In this document: positions 12,601 to 26,527 of the stretch, piece by piece
Layout of the letters: every line of letters starts with the position of its first letter
Position numbering within the stretch: the stretch's first letter is position 1
Assembly: GCF_022045235.1 (NCBI RefSeq)
Contig: NW_027266265.1
Coordinates: 52,514,001 to 52,578,000 of the forward strand
Length of the DNA stretch: 64,000 nucleotides
DNA from: Haliotis cracherodii
Taxonomy: Eukaryota
Reading direction: 5' to 3'
Translations under genes and position numbers: made by a program
Notes under the pieces: generated by a model
Told to the model about the DNA's origin: nothing
The model's input: the letters and a program-made list of their open reading frames with translations, nothing else
Database searches by the model: none

Positions 12601-15600
12601 TCGGCCACACGTACACGCACGCACGCACGTACGTCGCTGCAAAAGTGCAATAATCTTGGACGCGACGTTAAACCCCATTTCACCTCATCTCACGTAAGAC
12701 GTTTACCACTTTGCTTAAACCCACTAGAATGTTGTTGACAATCAGGGCTTGGAAATCATGGTCATAGAATTCTGACACGCGTAAAGGACGCAACTCTGTT
12801 TCTCCGTGCCACTCGTGCTGCCTCTAGTGCACTGGTATCAAAGAATAACATTCAGGTGTATTACCTGTTCGACATGTGTAATACATTCAGGCATACGAAA
12901 TATGTCACGCTCATGAATAATTCATTCACAAGCATTTCTCCGATTCAATGGACCACAACAAAAGAAGTAGTCTATACACAAATTCGAACTAACGTAACAA
13001 TATCCAACCCTCAGTAGAGCTCACTTATTCTATCAACCATGCGCGTGTATAGTTCCTTCTGCATATACCGTTACACACAGGCTGGTGTATATGTCACCTT
13101 ACATTAATGGCTACGGTGGATTTTGGGTCATAATGTGAATCAGCATATGTGTTACACCACCATTGATATCAGTGCAAACAGGGAAATGTATTTGTATGTT
13201 TGAATTGAAATGTATGTTGGTGATCGTAATGCTTATATCGTAATGCTTATGTCGTTATCCAAAGGCTTTAAAAAGATGGTACTTGTTGTTATAATGCCTC
13301 GCGCTCGGCATTAAGTGGATAATGATTAATCATGGACTGGGCGGCTCGGGGTCAGTATTCTGTGTATAAGTGAGCTAAGACTACAAAATCGGCTAAAGCC
13401 AAGACTAGTACAAGCAGTCAAATACATGCATGCACGTCTGTGATTGAAATAATTTTGAACGCACCGCGACGTTAAAGACTATTGGCCTCTCCAGTCGGGT
13501 TATATGACGTCGAATACGGGGACGTTTATAAATGTTGTCTGTTAGCTAGTGTAGGGTGGGTGCGAGAAGTCTGCGTGACCCTCCGTCTGGAGATAAAGTA
13601 TTGTGACCAGCCCAGCTGTCACCGGCATACACGTCTTCAACAATCCAGTGCAGATACACGGATTTTAAAATGAAAAAAGACATTCGTGTCTGTCCACAAT
13701 CCTTGGTGTATACAGATACGTGTCCACAATCCTTGGTGTATACAGATACGTGTCCACAATCCTTGGTGTATACATATACGTGTCCACAATCCTTGGTGTA
13801 TACAGATACGTGTCCACAAGCCTTGGTGTATACAGATACGTGTCCACAAGCCTTGGTGTATACAGATACGTGTCCACAGTCCTTGGTGTATACAGATACG
13901 TGTCCACAGTCCTTGGTGTATACAGATACGTTTCCACAATCCTTGGTGTATACAGATACGTGTCCCCAATCCTTGGTGTATACAGATACGTGTCCACAAT
14001 CCTTGGTGTATACAGATACGTGTCCACAATCCTTGGTGTATACAGATACGTGTCCACAATCCTTGGTGTATACAGATACACGTGTCCACAAGCCTTGCTG
14101 TATACAGATACACGTGTCCACAATCCTTGGTGTTTACAAATACACGTGTCCAAAACCCTTCATTTTGTACTCGCGATCAGAACACACTCCCATGTGTCTA
14201 CTTGCATTGCCGTTTGTCGGTAGTCTTTCTCACCTGCTGAATACAAACAGGCAGCATATGGATGTTCTCTTTTTCACAGCTCAGACATATTGAATACCCC
14301 ACCCTGTTTCCTGAAACAGTGTTCCTTGGCGTTCCTTTTTGCGCGTCATATCAACTTTGTCGACAAGTCAGTTGTTGTCGTCTGTAACGCCACCGAGAGT
14401 GATGTACGCAGCATCTGCCACGTGGTCTTCACCGCGACCGACGTTGAAAGCGTCAACGGTTACACCGACTCCGGTTCAAGATATAACGATTAACCCTGGT
14501 TTGGTAAAAGCATTACCCCACATACTAAGCTCCACTAATTGCAATGGGGCACTAGGGCAGCGAAACAACGGTGGGAAAACATTTGATGTTTACGACCGGC
14601 TGATACACGATTGACGTTGATTGACGTGTCTGTGTACTCACCGAAATGCATTGTCTCCGAGGAATTATCACACTTCTATTCAGTGCTTCAACAACTATAG
14701 CGTGCCTTGTCATTAAGTACTGGCATTGTTGTGTTTATATCACCTTCCTTTGGCAATTATGTCTAAAATGATTAACAACCTGAGGTTAAGTCATTGCGCC
14801 TGGCTTCCTGACATACCAACATCATGATACAGTTATAGAATGTTCCGCCCCATCGCCGACTAAGAGCTGTGGAAATTGTTGCAGACATTCCAACACATGC
14901 TAGCTCATAACAACGTTACCTTTTCGTCATTGGAAATATCAAGTAAGGATAAGAATTTATGGATAAACAACTTCTTTGTTACAATAAGAGCGACGTTTCG
15001 ATGTAGGTTCTAACATCGTTATCAAGCACTTGCTTCTCCTTACTAAGCACTCCAACTTCTAAATGCCTTTCAAAGAAGTTATTGGAAATATCGCTTTTTC
15101 TAAGTGAATATTTCTAAATAAAAGCACCAAAACAATTTCCATAATCAGAAATATCTGCTAAAAGCAGAGTCCGTTCTTTGATTCCGGTCGGGTAGCCTAG
15201 TGGTTAAAGCGTTCCCAACCCGAAGACCCGGGTTGGGAAGTTCCCGACATGGGTACAATGTGTGAAGCCCGTTTCTGGTGTCCCCCGCCGTGATATTGCT
15301 GCAATAGTTCTAAAAGCGGCGTAAAACCATACTCACTCTGATTCCGACTGTCATAAGCACTATCACTTAGCGATGATACCAGTTGAACATATCCTGCCCT
15401 AACGGTGGCAGCCGTCACAAACACATGCATAGGCAAGTTTATTGTTTACCTGATCAATCACGGGACGTTTGGTACAAGTTAAACAAGGGAACTGCACCAA
15501 GCATCACTTTTGACACTGATGCCTCAAACTTTTGAAATGTCCTCCACATGTCTACCCCAAAACACTTTGAAAGCCTGACAAAGTCCTTAACTGCTCGAAC

Positions 15601-18600
15601 CTAGGCACAGCTGGTGTCCATGGGGATGTCCTGACCCGTGAAGATTCCGGGGCAGAACAGGTCTTCAGTGACCCATGCGTGCCGTAACAGGTGACTATGC
15701 TTGTCGTAAAAGGCGACTAACGGGACCGGGTGGTCAGGCTCGCTGACTTAGTTGATGCATGTCATCGATCCCAATTGCGTGGATCTATGCTCGTGGTATT
15801 AATCACTGGATTGCCTGGTCCAGACTCGATTATTTACAGACCGCCGTCATATAGCTGGAATATTGCTGAGTGCGGCGTTAACAACCAGCCAACCAACCAA
15901 CCTAAATGTCCTTTCCCCATATTTCATTTAGATGTTATCCGAGGAAGTCAAGCATTTATATGTTTTTTACTAACTAAACTTCAGATGGCTTTTAATATCA
16001 TTTTTTAGAAATATTCCGAACCTTTGAAGATAGTGGAGTAACCAACATATATTGATAAATACCTCATGGCTAAAGGAATTAACGTTTTCACAGAATTCTT
16101 ATCAAAGATGCCCAGAGGGTTCATAACAATACTCCCGATTTTCAAAGAATAACTGGATGCGCCTAATGTATTTCGTTGTGAATCTTACATCCCACTTGTC
16201 AATGCATGTGTTCAGGTGAGAAATCCAGTCATACTCTGTGCGTTTATGAAGTGTACTACGGCTATCTAAAGCATCATAAAGTCAGTATGTCAATTGTGGG
16301 AGATAGTTAATAGTGTCGTAAACATTATAGAAACGTATACAGACGCAGGAACTATTTCTTGTCATTGTTCAATCTTTATGAATCACGACACGAAATATTC
16401 CAACTATTTGTTATCAGTTATTTCTTGAAGGGTTTTAATATATAAGTATAAATACCACCGAACAACGCCCTACACATACTTTCATAAACGTAAAATGAAA
16501 ATTAAATTTGAAACACAATCTATTGCTTTTCCCACCGAGGCTTATTTCAGCAATAAAAAACGTAACGGGGGATCATTATATCAAAGAAAAAAACGTTTAA
16601 CTTCACAGGTCAGACACGTTCACATATTTCCTTTATTTCGCCAGACTGTTTAAAAAAACACTTTAAACACCCTTTCCATTTTAGACCACCAACCCCTTTT
16701 CTAGTGAAAATAAAGCATTAAATTCGAAATAGCCCATTTTATATTAAGTTTACCAAGCCAGCCGAAAATAAGGGCCCACGCACCTGTCAGTATATCTGTT
16801 AAGAGATATATATTCTGTTACGTCCTGTTTGGAAACAAGCTTCCTTTGAAGGCATCTTCGTGAGAAACTGACAGTGTTTTGTTTACCATCCTAATTGCCT
16901 CGCTTGTTTGTGGACGTGATCTGGCCCCCGCGGTATCACACCGACGCGCTGCATATTGTATGTTACGACGTCGTGATCGGCATCTCATCTTCAACATCGG
17001 CAGCAGCGTCTGTTACGACCGTGTTCTTTATCTTTCAAAGCTGAGATCCCATATGATGGAAACAGGAAGCAAGTTGTTCCGAAATGTCTGGTCGAGGTTT
17101 GTCAGGGTTAAACAGAAAATAGACACATTTGTCTTGATTTCTTAATGCAGGCTAATAGGTCCCTGTTATAAATCAGGAATTACTTAGAGTTCGTACTTGG
17201 CTGCTTCACTCCGTGTTTTAGAAAGCCTACGTGATGCTCAATATCTACCAACGATGGTATTTGTTGTATATTTCTTTCTTTAGTAGACTGTACATTGGAT
17301 AGATTTGTTCGACCAATGTGTTTGCATGTGTACTGTCACAATTGCAAACTGTTGTGATATTTTGTTTTGGTTTCCAAATCTTACGGGACCATTGGCAGTG
17401 TTCTATAGATATTCATAAATTACATTATCATCAGGACCAAAGTCAGTACTCAGCATCCTCGTTAGTCCAGGGACCTCGGTAGTCCGCACCTCGGCTTGTG
17501 GGCGAGTTTAGTGTCTGTTTTATGATACTGTCTATACTTATAATGCGCCCAAGCCATACCTTAAACAATTCGTGAAGCGCTACATTATCTCCCAGTCAAT
17601 TCTCAGCTCCCTGGGGAGTACATAACCTCGCGCCTAACATTATCATTTCCTCCTACCGGGTACCCATTCACTGCTGAGTGGACAGGAGCACATGTGCTTC
17701 AGTGTGGGTCACCGAAGTGGTAAACGTCTGAGACCTGCTTCACTTGGGGCTTTCTTCCCACAATAAGCTGACACGCCGTGATATAACTGGAATACTGTTA
17801 AAAGCGGCGTTAAACCCAACTCACTCAGTCTCACTCAGTGTGGGACAAGACCAAGACTGCCTTAACTCTCTAGCGGCCACCCATCCGGCTACTCTCCGCA
17901 ATTAACGTTGCGTAGTTTCGCCTGGTTTGTTGACCTGTGCGCCGTGTTCATGTTGTACTCGGGACTGCCACCATAATTCCATACTTCAATGACCGACACA
18001 ATCAAGACTCTTCCAACTGTCTACACTGTGCAGGGTCCGGATTAATGAGGTTTCACGACCCCCCACATGTTATTTGATGTTTGACAAAGATCTCACCATG
18101 TCATACACATTGATTAAATACCCGCTGTCAAGATCATTTGTTTCGTATACTTTTTGCACGGTGTTTTTACATTGCACACACAGTCAGAAGTACATTTTGT
18201 TTCTCGGGAATGACGCAAAAAAAGTCATAATTGATACCTGGAACACCATCTGTGTAGCGCTGTTTTGAAATTAGACTCTGTAGGTGTTTGTTTTACAGCG
18301 CATCTCTTGATACCGCGTTAAGCGCACATGTAAATAGATTTCGCTTTTACTGGGCGGCTCGACGAACAAGTGCAACCGAAGAACACTCCCATATTGTATC
18401 GGCAAACTATGTAGATAAGGACAACCGATGGGTGTTGACAAGCGATGCAGTTTAACTCATGCCTATCCTCTTGAACCACGTGACATATGACCTATGACCT
18501 GCAGCAACCGCCAGGTCACGGTGACCGACCGCTGGCAAATGTCTGGAGTGCGTCTATAAACACAACAATGTTTCAATCTGGAAAAAGAGTGTGCATGTTG

Positions 18601-18856
18601 TTTCGATACATGCATTTGATGTATATTCACAGTAGCAGTGTTTACACACACACCTGGCGTAATCAGTGGATTTTCAAGGAGATATCATTGTTGTCGAGTC
18701 ACGAAATAAACACGACGCTCTTTCTATCCAAGGACTTGTTTTGAGCGTTCTGTGTTGCATGCGTAACCGGTGACATTATCACGATAAAGGAGGTGGGTGG
18801 TGATTGTATAGGTGATTAGAAGCAGACAAAGACGTATGTTTGAATGGTGAGAAAGA

Positions 18857-18902
<46 letters not shown>

Positions 18903-21900
18903 ACACACACTTTTGACCTATAAAACATACACACGGAGGCCTAAACTCACGCCTGTTTAAGTATGATATTTATAACAATTATATTGGCTTATAACAATAT
19001 GTGTAACTGTCCAATTGTTATTAAAATCATCATTATTATTGATGAAGATTACTTTAATCTTTTGACAGTTACACATATTTTGTTTTAAGCTATAGTACGA
19101 TGAGTTATACGTGTTTTAAGGAGAATAAATACTCGGGTTAATATATAGTATCATGTACGTTGCTTAAGCGATAGGCATTCTTAGTTCCTCAATTATGAAG
19201 GCATTTGCAAACGCTTTCAACATTTCATATTTTATGTACCCAGGTATACGTAATGTTAAGGAGTGCCGCGAGTACTTAGCGCGCTCAGATGTTATAATTA
19301 ACGATAGGGACACGGGTGACCCAGTCGTGTGAGGCGCTGAAATCAGAGTTGCGTCCCCTTGGCGTACCAGGCACCTCTGATCGTGGGTTCCAATCCCAGC
19401 TTCGACCTGATTATGTTTCTTGGTTTGTCAGACCTTTAACCGTACCCATAGGGTTCACCAAAGCGGTAAACATCTGAGACCTGCATTACTACGGGCTTTC
19501 CTCCCACATCGGACACACCGTCATATAACTGGAATACTTCCCGAAGCGACGTGACACCGAACTAGCCTAGTCGAAGTGATCCAATACACTGAGGGGGCAC
19601 GGGTGGCCCAGTCCCTAAGGCGCCGCGAGGCGATGTGCAGAGTTGCGTCCCTTGGGCACGCCAGAAACCTATGGTTGTGGGTTCGAATCCCGGTTCGCCC
19701 CGATTATGTATCTAGGTTTTTTCAGCACCATACCCGTGGTCGTGGGTTTCACCGAAGTGGTAAACGTCTGAGACCTGCATCACTTCGGGCTTTCCTCCCA
19801 CATTAAGCTGACATGCCGCGATATAACTGGAATACTATTAAAAGCGGCGTTAAACCCAACTCACTCACTCACCCAATACATGGATAAGTCGTATTGTTCA
19901 TAGAAAAATGCTCTACCTCAGCGAGGTTGCAAAAGTCGTAGCTTTGATAACTCCCACAAGTCCGACTATACTTTCATTGTTATAACACTGTCCGTATGTG
20001 TGCACCTTTACGAAGGCACGTATTTACGGTGACAGATTAACACATGTTAAAAACGGATTTCGCGCATATGTTACGTTTCCATGCTAGTCTGGCATCACCC
20101 GTGCTAATATCTGATTACTTCTGATATATGATTATAACGTCTGACGTTGACGTCATATATATAATAACCGGTCGTATACAGGGGAATATGGATCTTTTAT
20201 TGACATAATTATTATCGTCACCGAGTTTTTCACTTATACGGTCATAAAACAAAACGGGAATAGTCATGTTTGAACATTTGGAGGTGTGACAGTTTGTCCA
20301 TATATCGTTCCGTTATCGTGTAGATTACAAGAGGTTACCCTGTAATACATTATGGTGATCAATGAAATGTCATCCACTTGTCAGTGAACTAATCCATATA
20401 TCCTCGAAACATCCTTATTTAATACTTTCGGACCACATGGCCAAACAGGAAAGCACCATCTGTTTCAAGAGGCGATTGTGATTGGTTGTAACATTAACCT
20501 ATAGTTAGCGGTTTGATTGTCAGGACGGTTATGTATGCTTAAACTGCAAGGGCATTCTTTCGCCCTGATTTTAAAGAAGAAACTTAAAAAACGATTCCAA
20601 CTCAAGTCAAGAATGATTTGGCAAATATATACTACTCAAAAGAAGTTAAGGATCACCTGATTCTTTCATATTACCATAGTTAATCTCTCATATCATGACA
20701 GATTAATTTTACCATTATGAAAGAATCGGGTGATCCTTAACTTCTTTTGAGTAGTATATAGAATTCCTCAGTTCTAGCTTGCAATTAAGCTTTGGTCTTG
20801 GCTTAATTTGAATTAACTTTTTACTTTGTAGAAATACATTTTAGAATAATAACTTTATTTCTGGGACATTGTAATGAGAGGCCAGAGTGGAACTAAGCCA
20901 TTGGCTCTGTGTAATTATGACAGTCGCAAGCCTCAATACACCCTAAACAATGAGCCAATAGACAAAAACATTTGCTCAACTGAATTATCCCGAACTAGCG
21001 TCTCTTCTAAAACAATCGGAATTTTTTTTATATAACATACACAACCCACCTCGAAAGAACACATCCACTGGCAGGGAGAAAGATAGGGCGTGGCAGAGCC
21101 GGTCAGGGGTGGCTGTTTGTATTTGATTCGTAAAATGACTGAACGTCAATGATCGGCTTTAGGTGTTGACGAACCACTAACAAGAGTCACACAAACAGCT
21201 TGAAGCTGAATTTAGTCGGCTGACCAAATGCTTCTGTGTGGCTGTTTTGGGAACACTGTCTTCTGGATTAACGTCATCTCTGTAATCATGTTTTATCCAA
21301 TTATACGCTGACTATAAAGTCGTTATCTGTATAATGCATTCCCTGCACAAGCCGAATCCAGTTAACAGGTGGGAAGAAAACACAGAAATAAAATAAACGT
21401 ACATGTGCTGCGGAGCCCCTTGGATTATCTCCCCAGCTGCCCGTCCATGTCATACGTACAGGTTCCATTTGGAAATATCATTAATAGTTTGCGAAGCTGT
21501 TTCTCGTAAATGCGATGTTTATCAACATTTTGTATATTGATGCGTGTTGAAAAATCGTGAACATATCCCTGCTTCCACGATGCATGTTGAAACGCATGAA
21601 CCGATTTGCCATTGAACGTCCCAGTTATGTAACCTTCAGACGGTTGAGAAAATTAATTCCCTTGTCACCTTTCAAAGAAAATAATTTGACATTTTGAATT
21701 TAAGAGCGGGTACTATTTAAACTTTTACAGCAAAAAAGGACAGCATTCGGTTATGCATGTTTGCACATCAGGATAGTGTTGACTTTCCCAGGTCTCTACC
21801 ACCACGTGGTACAAACAATCACAACGCCATCTGTCGCTTGTTTTCTGTCTAAAGTTATTTTCTTTTGTTTGTGTTGGCTTTACTCTCATTAGAAGAACCT

Positions 21901-24900
21901 CAGTTTCGTATTTGCCATTATTTGAACATTTCTTTAGCTGTAGAATTATGAAAGGTTTTGTCCATTTGAAGTTTGACTATGTAAATATTTTTTTCATTCT
22001 TTCACTCCAGCCTGTAATTTTTATTCAACTTATTTCAGTAGATTGAGTATGACTATGGTTTTCGCCGCTTTTAGCAATATTCCAGCAATATCACGGCGGG
22101 GGACACCAGAAATGGGCTTCTCACATTGTACCCATGTCGGGAATCGAACCCGGGTCTTCGGCGTGGCGAGCGAACGCTTTAACCGCTAGGCTACCCGACC
22201 GTCCCTATTTCAGGAGAACTTGGTTGGATAATGTTTTGAAATGACGGATATCGATTGATTCAGATATCTTCCAGTTTCTCAACGACTTCTAGATCCGAGT
22301 GTTCGACATGCTCTTTGACTATGTGACTCTAACAGGGGATTATCGTACTTGATGAAACTCCCAATGCCTTGATGTGGGCATCTTGACAACTGGTCTTTAG
22401 TACAGGAAGATAAAACATTTTGTAACATGTTTTGTTATGACACAAAATCATTATTATGAGTGAGTGACTAATGTTTTACGCCGCTTTCCAATAGGTCTTC
22501 AGCAACCAATGCTTGTCGTAAGAGCCGACTAACGGGATTGGCTGGTCAGGCTCGCTGACTTGGTTGATGCATGTCATCGTTTTCCAATTGCGTAGATCGA
22601 TCGATGCTCATGTCAATCACTGGATTGTCTGGTCCAGACTCGATTATTTACAGACCGCCGTCATATAGCTGGAATATTGCTGAGTACACACAAACCAACT
22701 TAATGGAAGGAGTAATTGGACTTGATAAAAATGGGAATATTTGTTCCCAGAATGACAGGACAGGGCATCCTGAGTTGTCCCTCAAATGTTCCTGTTTCGT
22801 ATCCGAGATGCGCCACTATTCCTAGTTTTCATTCATACCTCTCAGTATTTGACCCCCAGCATCCTTGTGTACAGACCTCTCAGTATTTGACTCCCAGCCT
22901 CCTTGTGTACAGACCTCTCAGTATTTGACCCCCAGCCTCCTTGTGTACAAACCTCTCAGTATTTGACCCCCAGCATCCTAGTGTACAGACCTCTCAGTAT
23001 TTGACCCCCAGCCTCCTTGTGTACAGACCTCTCAGTATTTGACCCCCAGCATCCTAGTGTACAGACCTCTCAGTATTTGACCCCCAGCATCCTTGTGTAC
23101 AGACCTCTCAGTATTTGACCCCCATCATCCTTGTGTACAGACCTCTCAGTATTTGACTCCCAGCATCCTAGTGTACAGACCTCTCAGTATTTGACCCCCA
23201 TCATCCTTGTGTACAGACCTCTCAGTATTTGACCCCCAGCATCCTTGTGTACAGACCTCTCAGTATTTGACCCCATCATCCTTGTGTACAGACCTCTCAG
23301 TATTTGACCCCATCATCCTTGTGTACAGACCTCTCAGTATTTGACCCCCAGCATCCTTGTGTACAGACCTCTCAGTATTTGACCCCCAGCATCCTTGTGT
23401 ACAGACCTCTCAGTATTTGACCCCCAGCCTCCTTGTGTACAGACCTCTCAGTATTTGACTCCCAGCATCCTTGTGTACAGACCTCTCAGTTTTTGATTCC
23501 CAGCATCCTTGTGTACAGACCTCTCAGTATTTGACCCCCAGCATCCTTGTGTACAGACCTCTCAGTATTTGACCCCCAGCATCCTTGTGTACAGACCTCT
23601 CAGTATTTGACCCCCAGCATCCTTGTGTACAGACCTCTCAGTATTTGACTCCCAGCATCTTTGTGTACAGACCTCTCAGTATTTGACTCCCAGCATCTTT
23701 GTGTACAGACCTCTCAGTATTTGACCCCCAGCATCCTTGTGTACAGACCTCTCAGTATTTGACCTCCAGCATCCTTGTGTACAGACCTCTCAGTATTTGA
23801 ACCCCAGCATCCTTGTGTACAGACCTCTCAGTATTTGAACCCCAGCATCCTTGTGAAGCGATTTGACTTTGCTCACATGCACATTGTGGTTTTTGTCAGT
23901 TGCACATCTTGTATGCAAACAACTAACCTCGTTTCTGTCTTCACCGCCTAATTATTTCCCCGACGAGGCCATTTTGTCCGTGACACTTCCGGTGATAAGC
24001 AATGATCTACACAAACGGCTTTTTACCCTTGGGCACATCAGCTCATCAGAAAGGTCTCGGCGATTCCTGTAAATGTAATCAAGACGAAATTAGCTCGACA
24101 ATTCATACATCACACACTCCTTGTTCACTGAGTGTGTAACTTGGGTTTAACGCCTCTTTGGACAGTATTTCAGTTATATCAACTTGATATTGAGGAAAGT
24201 CCAAAATGATGCAGGTTTTAGATGTTTACCACCTTTTGGAAACCCACGAGCACGGGAAAGGCGCTGGCAAACCTAAAAACATAATTGTGTAGAACCGAGA
24301 TTCGAACCCACGATCATGGGATTCTGGCCTGTGATACGAGAGGTGGAATCTGATTGGTCCATAGGAGAGGCTTAGAAGGGACATAACTGGTAATAGCCAC
24401 TGGTGGCGCTACGATCGAGCCCAGTAATTCCAGCCTAGTTCGGCAATGGTGGAAACTCGACTTTTATAGTCTGTTAACTCTCTTGCCTCGGGAAGATGAG
24501 CGAACTGCGGCGCTGGTTCATTATCAACAGTAGATTGGGTAATGGATTAAAACACTCTCCTTGCTTTAAACAAGTTGCAATCTTTGTTATCAGTAAAGCT
24601 AATCGTATATTTACATTGTCTTGCTTGAAAAACTGTCAGGCAGCATTCGGTGCAAAGTGAAGATGGAAGAGGCGTGTAAGCAGATGATGGCAGGAGTGGC
24701 GCATGTTATCACATCCTGGCACTGACGTGTGCACGCGCTGCACCATCTGTCATATCTGTTCCCCCCCCCCCAGTGTGTTTGGGGATACCACACAGCTCTG
24801 ACATAAATCAGTTAACGCTCATTCAGATAACAAATAGGGCACGGGTGGCCCCGCCATAATTCTCTGTGCAGAGTTGCGTCCTTTAGTGTGCCAGGATCCT

Positions 24901-26479
24901 ATGGTGTGGGTTTGAATGCCAGTTTCACCTTGATTATGATCGATGGTTTGTCAGCGTCATGCCGATGCTCGCAATTTTCAACAAAGTGGTATTAAACTGG
25001 CTCAATTCGGGATTTCCTCACACATCAAGCGGACACGTTGTGATGCAATGGACATTCCTTTCAAAACGTCTCTGAGCCTATTCACGTACTTTTTGTTCAT
25101 GAAACCAAACGTGTCCTTGCTATTCCTCTTCAGTCAAAGGTCACCGATCAGTTCTAACCTTTGCCGCGTCATACAAGACATGGGGCTTCCCAAACACTTG
25201 ATACAACGCCTGTATGTATGGCAGGCGAGCCCTCGCTCTCTCAGACTTCCTGTAGACTTTCTATTATTGACTCTGCTCAATTGGAACCGACTAGTAACGG
25301 AAATGTTGCCTTGGCTTTCAGCGAAGGTTTTCGTAAGTCTGGCAGTTCCTGAAAATGCGTATAATATTTCTTAAATCTCTTGTGGAAGAACGCAGTTGGA
25401 TCCCATAGTAACAGTAACGCTACCTTGATTTGAAAAGATGTTTTTTTATAGAGCCTTGTGTTAGAAAAGTATACCTATGCCTTGTCCAATGTTATACCCA
25501 GTTGCGTGACGGATTCTATACGTGTTCCTATGTGATTAGGTCAACATTTAGTCTATGAAATCGTGCATTACACTATACAAATAATTTTCCCGATGCTGAT
25601 TTGCTGGCTAGACTTACTTTTGTATACATATCTAGATTGTTTTTTTTTCCATAAATAAATGGTGCAGGACTTATGTGATATCTGTGTTATGTGTGATAAA
25701 TGTAATATCTATAATATATTCGTTTTATATGTAATACATGTTATATACTGGACGGGTAAGACATATATGATATACTAGTACGCATTATGCGGCATGCCTG
25801 CAGAATCTAATAGAACAACGCGAATGTTTATAATATTGGTTATAAGCAAAAAATGTAAAAACACTTTCACAAGATGCGTCACATTATCGTTTTAGTATTT
25901 ACAAAAAAACGCCATAGAAAAGTATCACAAATACATACCAACCACTCCTCAAGCATATTTAACGCCTTGAAGACTAAATGTCACCTTTTCAATGATACTA
26001 TTTTATAGTTCGCGGAGGATGCTAAATGTAAATGTCCAGGGAGGTGACGGGCTGTCTGAATAAAATTCTCCAGTAACATTGTTGGACTTATGGGAATACG
26101 GCAGGAATTTCTTTATCATCAAAAACACGGAACAGCAGCCAAGTTGAAGAGACAAACCTATTGGAAATGCAGAGTTGTCTGGTTCTCTTGATGGGCGGGG
26201 GCAGTGGTGATACCATGCAATCATTTATGTGAAGCAGGCATCGCTCTCCGATCTGGGATCGTGCATTTCCCCAGTGTGTATACGTTACTTATCAGGGGCG
26301 TTGGGTTACACGTAGAAGCCGCGCTGAAACCTGTTAGCGTAATTTAGTTAAAATAATCAAATTTACAGGGAAAGATATAGATGGTTGAAGAGCAATCCGG
26401 AATGCCATACATTCCGTATCTTACCATTAACTAAATTCCTGAATTTATCTCAAGCCTCCATTCATTTAATTCTCAAGAA

Positions 26480-26527
<48 letters not shown>

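Noticed and set aside
13546-14293. Six overlapping long ORFs with 10-aa repeats
   Set aside because: They arise from a stop-free 30-bp minisatellite, are open in all frames, and lack splice context.
18987-19090. ~25-bp inverted repeat (GCTTATAACAATATGTGTAACTGTC)
   Set aside because: Single copy in the window, AT-rich, no clear TSD; function and class cannot be assigned.
22837-23855. CRISPR-like array (38-bp repeats)
   Set aside because: The units are directly tandem with no unique spacers, the context is a eukaryotic intron, and there are no cas genes.
24943-25374. 143-aa ORF
   Set aside because: It begins within a decayed SINE, has no recognisable domain, and no splice-consistent partners.
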